Assembly (NCBI GenBank): GCA_031416315.1
Contig: JANOTL010000030.1
Span: 1-17,259 of the forward strand
Origin: Pseudomonadota bacterium
GTDB lineage: Bacteria; Bdellovibrionota_B; Oligoflexia; Oligoflexales; CAIYRB01
Length of the DNA stretch: 17,259 nt
Direction of reading: 5' to 3'
A program made the translations under genes and the position numbers. Below, in pieces: positions 1-7,902 of this stretch; position 1 is the first letter of the stretch; every line of letters begins with the position of its first letter. The notes under the pieces were generated by a model, which was not told the origin of the DNA, made no database searches, and worked only from the letters and a program-made list of their open reading frames with translations.

Positions 1-1172
<1,172 letters not shown>

Positions 1173-1414
1173 AGGGGCTCTCGTGCTCCGGAAAGGGGGC
1201 GAAGCGGTCTTGGCGAAGCGATGGACGAGGGGAATGCGCGCGTCCCGCCCTGGAGGGCGGTGGCAGCTGAAGAAGCGGTCGTGAAGTCGATGGATTCATC
1301 TTATCAAGTTCGTCAGGCGCGGTGCAAATCCTGCCGCCCGGAAAACCTTGCAGGACGCGGGGTTTCACTCGCCAACCCGAGCCGGGCATTGGCTTTTGTC
1401 GCCATAATTGTCGC

Positions 1415-1443
1415 GAGACATTTGCTCACCCTCCCTTCATAAT
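1415..1443 (+). promoter_or_regulatory. Candidate sigma-70 promoter for the glycosyltransferase operon
   Basis: GAGACA (1415-1420), 17 nt, CATAAT (1438-1443), lying 25 nt upstream of the ATG at 1469. Confidence 0.35.
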
Positions 1444-1468
1444 TGCGGGCATCGGCGAAAGGACGGAA

Positions 1469-2584
1469 ATGGCCTTGGAATACCCGCGGGTAGCGCTGGT
1501 TCACGACTGGCTCGTGACCTGGCGAGGTGGCGAGAAGGTGCTAGCCGCGTTGGCCGAGCTCTACCCAGCCGCGCCCATTTTCACGCTGTTCTATGACCGA
1601 GACGCCATGCCCCCGGTGGTCACGCGACGCGAGGTCCACGTCCCGGCGCTGCTGAACGCGCTAAGGCGCGGGCGCAAAGCCTTACTGCCGCTCCTGCCGC
1701 GGGCGATCGAGGCGATCGACCTGGAAGGCTATGACCTCGTCTTGAGCACCTCGTCTTGCGTCGCACACGGAGCGGTAAAAGCACGCGGCGCGAAGCACCT
1801 TTGTTACCTCCATTCACCCATGCGCTACATCTGGGATCAGCAGGACGAATACCTCGCCGGCGTCTCCGGCATCCCCGGCGCGGCGGCGGCGATCCGCGCG
1901 ATGACGCCGGCGCTCCGGCGCTGGGACGTGCGGACGGCGCAGGCGGATCGCGTCGATCATTTCGTCGTCAACTCGAGCTTCGTCGGCGAGCGCGCCCGGA
2001 ATTACTACGGCCGCGAGTCGACCGTCGTGGCGCCGCCGATCGAGACCGACCGATTTGCGCCGGCGCGACCTTCGGGCGAGCGGGACGGCTACCTTCTGGC
2101 GGCCGGCGCGATGGTGTCCTACAAGCGTTTCGACCTGGCCATCGAGGCCGCGGCCAAGGCGAATAAGCGCTTGATCGTCGCCGGCAGCGGCCCGATGCTC
2201 CCGGCCTTGCGCCGCTTGGCGGCGGGCAAGACGACCGAGATCGTGGAGTCGCCGGACGACGCGGCCTTCGTGAAGCTCATGCAGAACGCTTCGGCGTTCC
2301 TCTTTCCCGGGGTCGAGGACTTCGGCATGACGGCGGTCGAGGCATTGGCCTGCGGCACTCCGGTGCTAGCCTATCGAGAGGGCGGGGCACGCGACATCGT
2401 GCGCGAGGGGGAAACGGGGTCATACTTTAAAGAGCAGACTGCGGAGGTCTTGGCGGACGCGCTCTCGACCTTCCGCCCCGACCGCTTCGACGCGGAGCAC
2501 ATGCGCGCCTTCGCGAAGGGCTTCGGCAAATCCTTCTTCTTGGACAAGATGCGGAACGAAATCAAACGGGTGCTCGCGGCGTGA
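1469..2584 (+). CDS. Glycosyltransferase family 4 (GT-B fold), exopolysaccharide or cell-surface glycan biosynthesis
   Basis: Start placed at MALEYPRVALVHDWLVTWRGGEKVL (ATG 1469, AGGA/GGA upstream). Motifs YLHSPMRYIWD, YKRFDLAI and EDFGMTAVEALACGTPV (EX7E GT4 motif). Confidence 0.93.
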   Translation: MALEYPRVALVHDWLVTWRGGEKVLAALAELYPAAPIFTLFYDRDAMPPVVTRREVHVPALLNALRRGRKALLPLLPRAIEAIDLEGYDLVLSTSSCVAHGAVKARGAKHLCYLHSPMRYIWDQQDEYLAGVSGIPGAAAAIRAMTPALRRWDVRTAQADRVDHFVVNSSFVGERARNYYGRESTVVAPPIETDRFAPARPSGERDGYLLAAGAMVSYKRFDLAIEAAAKANKRLIVAGSGPMLPALRRLAAGKTTEIVESPDDAAFVKLMQNASAFLFPGVEDFGMTAVEALACGTPVLAYREGGARDIVREGETGSYFKEQTAEVLADALSTFRPDRFDAEHMRAFAKGFGKSFFLDKMRNEIKRVLAA

Positions 2585-3999
2585 ATCGCAAGAACCAGGA
2601 TCTGTTGCTCGCGGTGCGCATCGCCTCCGATGCGGGAATGGTCGCGGCCGCTTGGGTGCTCGCCTACTTCCTGCGCTTCTCCGGCTGGCTGCCGGTCTCC
2701 AAGGGCGTGCCCGAGGCGCTGCTTTACTTCAAGCTCCTGCCCTTCCTCGGCGCCATCTGGCTCCTCACTTTCGCGGCGTCAGGCCTTTACCGGCGCACCG
2801 GTCGGCATCGCTCGGCGATTTTCGAGGCGCTCGACATCCTGCAGTGTTGCGCGATCGCGACGGCGGCGTTCATCGCCTTTACCTATGTTTACGAAGAATA
2901 TCGCTACTCGCGCGTCACTTTGCTCATTTTCGCGGCGCTCCATCCCTGGCTCGTGATCGTCGGGCGCAGCGCCGTGCGCAAAGCCTTGCGGCGATATCGC
3001 CGGTCGATGCCGGGGCGTCGGACGCTCCTGATCGGCTCGGGAGAATGCCTGAAGCAGGCGGCGGAGCTGAACGATGCCTCGGACCTGGTAAGGGGCGACC
3101 TCGTGGGCGCGATGCTCGTGGGCGACGTCGACGCGACGCGGGATGCGGAGCTCTACTGCCGTTCGCGGAAGATCCCGGTCCTGCCCCGGCCTTCGGACTG
3201 GATCGAGTTCTTCACCCGGAACGCGATGGACTGCGTCGTGATCGCGCTGCCGCACCAAGCGGCGGAGTTCCTGGAAACCGAGCTCGCCGTGATCGCCGAC
3301 CAAGTGCCCGACGTGAAGTACGTTCCGGATCTGACGCGCTTCACGCGCTTCGCCGCGGGCGTCGACATCATCCAGGGCGTGCCGGTGGTCAGCGTGCACG
3401 AAAGCCCGCTCGCGGGCATCGGCAGCGTCGCCAAACGGCTCGTGGACGTCGCAGGAGCCCTGGTCGCGCTCCTTCTCTTCGGGCCGGTGATGTTAATCGT
3501 CGCGGTCGCGGTGGTCGTGACCTCCCCCGGGCCAATCTTCTACCGGCAAGAGCGCATGGGCTTAGACGGCAAGACCTTCGCGATGCTGAAGTTTCGCTCG
3601 ATGCCGGTGAACGTCGAGGCGACCAGCGGCGCCGTGTGGGCGAAGGAGGGCGACGGACGCGCCACGCCGATCGGCGCGCTGATCCGCAAGACGAGCCTCG
3701 ACGAGCTGCCGCAGTTCTTCAACGTCTTGAAGGGCGATATGAGCCTCGTCGGCCCGAGGCCGGAGCGGCCGGTCTTCGTGGAGCAGTTCCGGCGCAAGGT
3801 CCCGGGCTATTACCTGCGCCACAAGACCAAAGCCGGCATCACCGGCTGGGCCCAGGTGAACGGCTGGCGCGGCAACACCAGCATCGAGAAGCGCATCGAG
3901 TGCGACCTCTTCTACATCCAGAACTGGTCCCTGCTCTTCGACGTCAAAATCATCCTGCTGACCGTATTCCGCGGATTTATTAATAAAAACGCCTATTAG
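2581..3999 (+). CDS. wcaJ: Undecaprenyl-phosphate sugar-1-phosphate (probably glucose) transferase, WcaJ/GumD/WbaP family priming glycosyltransferase
   Basis: Four N-terminal hydrophobic helices, a central Rossmann-like domain (TLLIGSG) and a C-terminal catalytic domain KRLVD...KFRSM...RKTSLDELPQFFNVLKGDMSLVGPRPE...GITGWAQVNGWRG...DLFYIQNWSL. GTGA start/stop overlap with the upstream gene. Confidence 0.93.
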   Translation: MNRKNQDLLLAVRIASDAGMVAAAWVLAYFLRFSGWLPVSKGVPEALLYFKLLPFLGAIWLLTFAASGLYRRTGRHRSAIFEALDILQCCAIATAAFIAFTYVYEEYRYSRVTLLIFAALHPWLVIVGRSAVRKALRRYRRSMPGRRTLLIGSGECLKQAAELNDASDLVRGDLVGAMLVGDVDATRDAELYCRSRKIPVLPRPSDWIEFFTRNAMDCVVIALPHQAAEFLETELAVIADQVPDVKYVPDLTRFTRFAAGVDIIQGVPVVSVHESPLAGIGSVAKRLVDVAGALVALLLFGPVMLIVAVAVVVTSPGPIFYRQERMGLDGKTFAMLKFRSMPVNVEATSGAVWAKEGDGRATPIGALIRKTSLDELPQFFNVLKGDMSLVGPRPERPVFVEQFRRKVPGYYLRHKTKAGITGWAQVNGWRGNTSIEKRIECDLFYIQNWSLLFDVKIILLTVFRGFINKNAY

Positions 4000-4026
4000 A
4001 ATCGATAGAATCTTATAGAAAAGAGC

Positions 4027-4055
4027 TTGATTCTATAGAACCGCTGCGTTATTAT
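4027..4055 (+). promoter_or_regulatory. Sigma-70-type promoter with an overlapping palindrome
   Basis: TTGATT (4027-4032), 17 nt, TATTAT (4050-4055). Perfect palindrome TTCTATAGAA at 4031-4040. AT-rich tract upstream. Confidence 0.6.
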
Positions 4056-4122
4056 GACCTCGGACTGTTGCTGCTCCCCTCTGATCCTCCTCCTCCCCCG
4101 CTGCTGCCGTAGGTCCCCCTCC

Positions 4123-4710
4123 ATGCTCGTCCGCCTCCTTTCCGCCTCGTGCCTGGCGTTCTTTGCCGTCCAACTCGCTGCCTGCGGCAGCTCGAGCTAC
4201 GAGACGGTCAAGATCAAGGAATACCGCATTGCGGTGACCAACAACGACGCGGCGTTTCGCGAAGAATTCCGCCGCCTCGTCGAGGATTTCAACTCGTGGG
4301 CCGGGATGACCGTCCTGGCCTTCGTCGACCGGCCCGAGGACGCGAACTCTTCGATCACGATCACCGAAGGGCTGAAGGCCAAAACCAAGGACAACGTCGG
4401 CCTAGGTCAGTGGCTTTCGGAGACGCGCACCGACAGCCAGTTCTCCGCGCCGGGCAGCTCGCCGAAGCGCGAGATCCGCTACTCGATGCGCCTCGAATTC
4501 GACGCCGACTACATCCGCGCCAACATCGGCCACAAAGACCGCCCGAAGATCGTCGAGAATCAGAAGCTTTTCTTCCACGAGGTCGGCCACGGCCTCGAGA
4601 TGAGCCACGACGACGACTCTTCCAGCAACGTGATGCACAAGAACGTCGACGGCGACAAGGATTTCGAGCCCTTCTTCGTCAAGGTGCGAAATTACATGGC
4701 CGAGGACTGA
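4123..4710 (+). CDS. Lipoprotein, matrixin/metzincin-like zinc metallopeptidase
   Basis: Signal peptide with lipobox MLVRLLSASCLAFFAVQLAA-C; HEVGHGLEMSH zinc motif followed by a Met-turn-like NVM. ATG 4123 preferred because ATG 4054 overlaps the predicted -10 box. Confidence 0.8.
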   Translation: MLVRLLSASCLAFFAVQLAACGSSSYETVKIKEYRIAVTNNDAAFREEFRRLVEDFNSWAGMTVLAFVDRPEDANSSITITEGLKAKTKDNVGLGQWLSETRTDSQFSAPGSSPKREIRYSMRLEFDADYIRANIGHKDRPKIVENQKLFFHEVGHGLEMSHDDDSSSNVMHKNVDGDKDFEPFFVKVRNYMAED

Positions 4711-4748
4711 GCCGCGGCTGCCGCGCGATGCGCGAGCTAATTCTCGCT

Positions 4749-4786
4749 GCCGCGCGTTGGCGTCGCGGCGAGTTTCCGTTTCGTTC
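4749..4786 (+). terminator. Possible intrinsic terminator after the metallopeptidase gene
   Basis: GCCGCG (4749-4754) pairs with CGCGGC (4764-4769), followed by an interrupted T-rich tract GAGTTTCCGTTTCGTT. Confidence 0.3.
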
Positions 4787-4818
4787 TCGTACGCTACGCG
4801 GAAGGTGCGACGCCTCCC

Positions 4819-4846
4819 TTGAGACGAGTTCGCGCCTCTGTATAAT
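4819..4846 (+). promoter_or_regulatory. Sigma-70 promoter upstream of the response regulator-hutG-hutF unit
   Basis: TTGAGA (4819-4824), 16 nt, perfect TATAAT (4841-4846), within a GC-rich background. Confidence 0.6.
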
Positions 4847-4942
4847 CATTCCAGATCCCCTGCCGATACCAGCCTTGGACGCCCCAGCTAGCCATCGATG
4901 CCCTGATCTGCCGCCCTCGATCCCATTGAGGTTACTCTCCCT

Positions 4943-5626
4943 ATGTCGCAACAGGCCCCCAGCCGTTTCACCATCACCCTGGACAGCGACCCGGAAACCC
5001 ACGGTGCGATCGCGCGTGCGATGGGCATCGAATCTCGCTGGTTCACTTCCAGCGAAGAGCTCCAGAAGGATATGACCCACGAGCCGATGGCGGTGTTCGT
5101 CGACGTCGGCCTGACGCACTTGAACCCCGACTCGGCGCAGCTGATCGTCCGCCTCAAGGACTCGTGGCCCCTGGCCCCGGTGATCCTGACGGCGCCCGAG
5201 GAGTCGGACGAGCTGACCGAGGCGATGGCGCTCGGCGCCGACGACTTCGTCGCCAAGCCAATCAACGGCCAGGACGTGCAGCGCCGCGTGCGGGTGCGCC
5301 GGGCTGCGCTGCAGAAGCGGGCCGCCCGCGAGACCATCCTCTTCGGCGACATGTCGATCGACACGATGCAGCGCTCCGTGACCTCGCCGCGCGGCCAGCG
5401 CTTCCTCTCGCCCACCGAGATCAAGCTGATCGCCGAGCTGGCCAAGGCCGGCGGCAACGTCGTCGCGCGCGACATGCTGAAAACGCGCTGCTGGCCGTCG
5501 ATGAGCGTCAGCGACAACGCCTTGAATCGCAAGCTCTACGAGATCCGCCGCCGGCTGAAGCCGATCACCGACGCGATCAACATCCGGACCATCTACGGCG
5601 TTGGTTTCGTGATGGAGCAGAAGTGA
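4943..5626 (+). CDS. OmpR/PhoB-family response regulator (receiver plus winged helix), orphan within this window
   Basis: Receiver motifs VFVD, PVILTA and ALGADDFVAKP. Winged helix LSPTEIKLI...VVARDML...NALNRKLYEIRRRL...IRTIYGVGF. Confidence 0.9.
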   Translation: MSQQAPSRFTITLDSDPETHGAIARAMGIESRWFTSSEELQKDMTHEPMAVFVDVGLTHLNPDSAQLIVRLKDSWPLAPVILTAPEESDELTEAMALGADDFVAKPINGQDVQRRVRVRRAALQKRAARETILFGDMSIDTMQRSVTSPRGQRFLSPTEIKLIAELAKAGGNVVARDMLKTRCWPSMSVSDNALNRKLYEIRRRLKPITDAINIRTIYGVGFVMEQK

Positions 5627-5637
5627 TATAAGGGGGC

Positions 5638-6456
5638 ATGGACGAATTCGTCATCAAGATGCCCCCCGCCGGTGCTCCGCGTCTCCCGATCCTCTTGAGT
5701 TGTCCGCACGTCGGCACGGAGATTCCGGCCGAGGTCCGGCCCTCGATGGATCCGGAGATCGCGCGCACCACGCCCGACGTCGACTGGTTCGTGCATCGCC
5801 TCTACGAATTCGCGCCGCGACTCGGCGTGACATTGATCCACGCGCGTTATAGCAGGCTCGTGATCGATTTGAACCGCGATCCCGCGGGGAAGAAGCTCTA
5901 CGCGGACGGCCGCACAGAGACGGGTCTGTGTCCGGTGCGGACGTTTGCGCTTCAGGACGTCTATCGCGCGGGTCACGAGCCGGACGACGCGGAGATCGCG
6001 AGACGCGTTGCGCAGTACTACACGCCCTATCATTCTCGCGTGCGGGCGCTGCTCGAAGAGATCCGCGCAGGACACGGGGCGGCGCTGCTCTACGAAGCGC
6101 ACTCGATCCGTCGGCGCGTGCCCTCGATTCGGCCGGAGCCGTTCGAGGATCTGATCCTCGGTGATCAGCAGGGCAAGACGGCGTCGCCGATCCTGACCGA
6201 CGTCGCGTTGCGCAGCTTGCGCGACGGGACCGGCTATACTTTGAGCCACAACACGCCGTTCATGGGCGGCTACCTGACGCGCAGCTTCGGCAAGCCGGAG
6301 ACGGCGATTCACGCCTTGCAGCTCGAGATGACGCAGGACATCTACATGGACGAAGAACGGATCGAGCTCGATGACATGAAGCTCGCGCGGATTCGTCCCG
6401 TGCTGGAGCGCACCTTGCGCGCGCTGGGCGCCGCCGTGGCCGAGCTCGCCCGATGA
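5638..6456 (+). CDS. hutG: N-formylglutamate deformylase/amidohydrolase
   Basis: SCPHVGTEIP, DVDW, SRLVIDLNR, TGLCP, YYTPYH, EAHSIR, PFMGGYLTR and HALQLEM. AGGGGG SD upstream; adjacent to hutF. Confidence 0.92.
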   Translation: MDEFVIKMPPAGAPRLPILLSCPHVGTEIPAEVRPSMDPEIARTTPDVDWFVHRLYEFAPRLGVTLIHARYSRLVIDLNRDPAGKKLYADGRTETGLCPVRTFALQDVYRAGHEPDDAEIARRVAQYYTPYHSRVRALLEEIRAGHGAALLYEAHSIRRRVPSIRPEPFEDLILGDQQGKTASPILTDVALRSLRDGTGYTLSHNTPFMGGYLTRSFGKPETAIHALQLEMTQDIYMDEERIELDDMKLARIRPVLERTLRALGAAVAELAR

Positions 6457-7829
6457 GGCGGCTTCTGCGTTGCAAAGCGCTGTGGACGCCGCGCGGATTC
6501 GTCGACGACGCGGTCGTCGAGGTCGACGCGAAAGGGCAAGTCGCGGCCGTGCATGCGCGCCACGAGGACAAAGAGGTCGAAGTCGTCGATGGCTACGTGA
6601 TCCCGGGCTTCGTCAACGCGCACTCGCATGCATTCCAGTTCGCGATGGCAGGCGTCGCGGAGAACCTGCCGGTGACGGCCGCGGGCGACGATTTTTGGAG
6701 CTGGCGCGAGGCGATGTACGCGCTTGCGGGCGCGATGACGCCGAGCCGGATGCAGGCGGTGGCGACCTTGGTCTACTCCGAGATGCTGGCGCACGGCTTC
6801 ACCAGCGTCATTGAATTTCACTATCTTCACCACGACGTCGGCGGCAAACGCTATGCTCGCGTCGAGGAAATGAGCGCGCGCTTGATCGCCGCGGCCGAGG
6901 CCGCCGGGATCGCCTTGACCCTGGTGCCGGTGCTCTATCGGCGCGGCGGGTTCCAAAAGCCGGCGTCCTCGAGGCAAGAGCGGTTCCTCTCGGCCTCGGT
7001 CGAAGACTACGCGGGCTTGGTCGCTTCCGTCGAGGGCCTCGCGCGGGGCAAGCCGGACGTCAACGTCGGCCGCGGCGTGCATTCCCTGCGCGCGGCGGAG
7101 GCCGACGAAGTGAAGCAGGTGCTCGCGGCGGCGGCGGCGGCGCCTTTGCACGTGCACGTCGCCGAGCAGCGTGCCGAGGTCGAGGAATGCCGGAAACACT
7201 GGGGTAAAGCGCCGGTCGAGTGGCTCCTCGACGAATTGAAGGTCGACGCACGGCTGTCTTTGGTGCACGCGACGCACATGACGCCGGCGGAGACCGAGAG
7301 GCTCGCCGCGAGCAAGGCCGTGGCGGTCATTTGTCCTTCGACCGAGGGCAACCTCGGCGACGGCTTCTTTGCGCTGCGCGAATACGTAAAAGCCGGAGGA
7401 GCCTACGCGATCGGCACCGACAGCCACGCCGGGCTTTCGCCGTTCGAGGAGTTGCGCTGGCTCGACTACGGGCAAAGGCTGCGCGACGAGAAGCGGAACC
7501 CTCTTTGCTTCGAAGGCGGGCAGGATAGCGGCGAGAGACTCGTCCTCGCGGCCTGGCGCGGCGGCATGACGGCGCGCGGCAAGCGCGGGAAGATGGCGGG
7601 TGACGACGCGTTCGCGCTCGGGATGCCGTTCGACGCGGTGGTGCTCGATCCGGAGCACGCGGCCTTGCTCGGAAAGCCACGCGAGCGCTGGCTTTCGGCC
7701 GCCGTGTTCGCAGGCGATCGGACGATGGTGAAGGCGGTGCTTAGGCGCGGCGACACGGTCGTGTCGCGGGGCGTGCATCGGGACGGGGCGGCGATCCGGG
7801 CTGGATGGTTGGCGGCAGAGCGCCCCTGA
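6453..7829 (+). CDS. hutF: Formimidoylglutamate deiminase (amidohydrolase superfamily)
   Basis: NAHSHAFQ, DDFWSWREAMY, EFHYLHH, HSLRA, HVHVAEQ, LVHATH, CPSTEGNLGDG, IGTDSH and EELRWLDYGQR. ATGA overlap with hutG. Confidence 0.93.
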   Translation: MRRLLRCKALWTPRGFVDDAVVEVDAKGQVAAVHARHEDKEVEVVDGYVIPGFVNAHSHAFQFAMAGVAENLPVTAAGDDFWSWREAMYALAGAMTPSRMQAVATLVYSEMLAHGFTSVIEFHYLHHDVGGKRYARVEEMSARLIAAAEAAGIALTLVPVLYRRGGFQKPASSRQERFLSASVEDYAGLVASVEGLARGKPDVNVGRGVHSLRAAEADEVKQVLAAAAAAPLHVHVAEQRAEVEECRKHWGKAPVEWLLDELKVDARLSLVHATHMTPAETERLAASKAVAVICPSTEGNLGDGFFALREYVKAGGAYAIGTDSHAGLSPFEELRWLDYGQRLRDEKRNPLCFEGGQDSGERLVLAAWRGGMTARGKRGKMAGDDAFALGMPFDAVVLDPEHAALLGKPRERWLSAAVFAGDRTMVKAVLRRGDTVVSRGVHRDGAAIRAGWLAAERP

Positions 7830-7902
7830 GCCATCTCGAATCCCCGTCCGATTCCATGCGTAGTACAATCGAGGACCCCCACGTCGTTTTCGAGGTTCCC
7901 GG

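Noticed and set aside
1324..1340. Possible sigma-54 -24/-12 promoter on the - strand (GGCGGCAGGATTTGC)
   Set aside because: GG-to-GC spacing is 11 nt rather than the strictly required 10.
1322..1468. N-terminal extension of the GT4 ORF given in the track
   Set aside because: Family-like sequence begins at MALEYPRVALVHDWL, and the extension covers the divergent promoter region.
2652..3983. 443-aa alternative-frame ORF inside wcaJ; similar long ORFs at 4149..5075, 6342..7910, 7939..9384 and 13713..15491
   Set aside because: Low-complexity Arg/Ala/Gly/Pro-rich or antisense-frame translations with no motifs, as expected from stop-codon scarcity in high-GC coding DNA.
4717..4756. 11-bp direct repeat GCTGCCGCGCG (4717-4727 and 4746-4756) flanking a small hairpin
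   Set aside because: Only two short GC-rich copies; not a CRISPR array and no associated mobile element. Chance or terminator structure suffices.
7830..7902. TACAAT at 7864-7869 as a promoter for the M20 gene
   Set aside because: Plausible -10 box, but no convincing -35 or extended -10, so not called as a feature.
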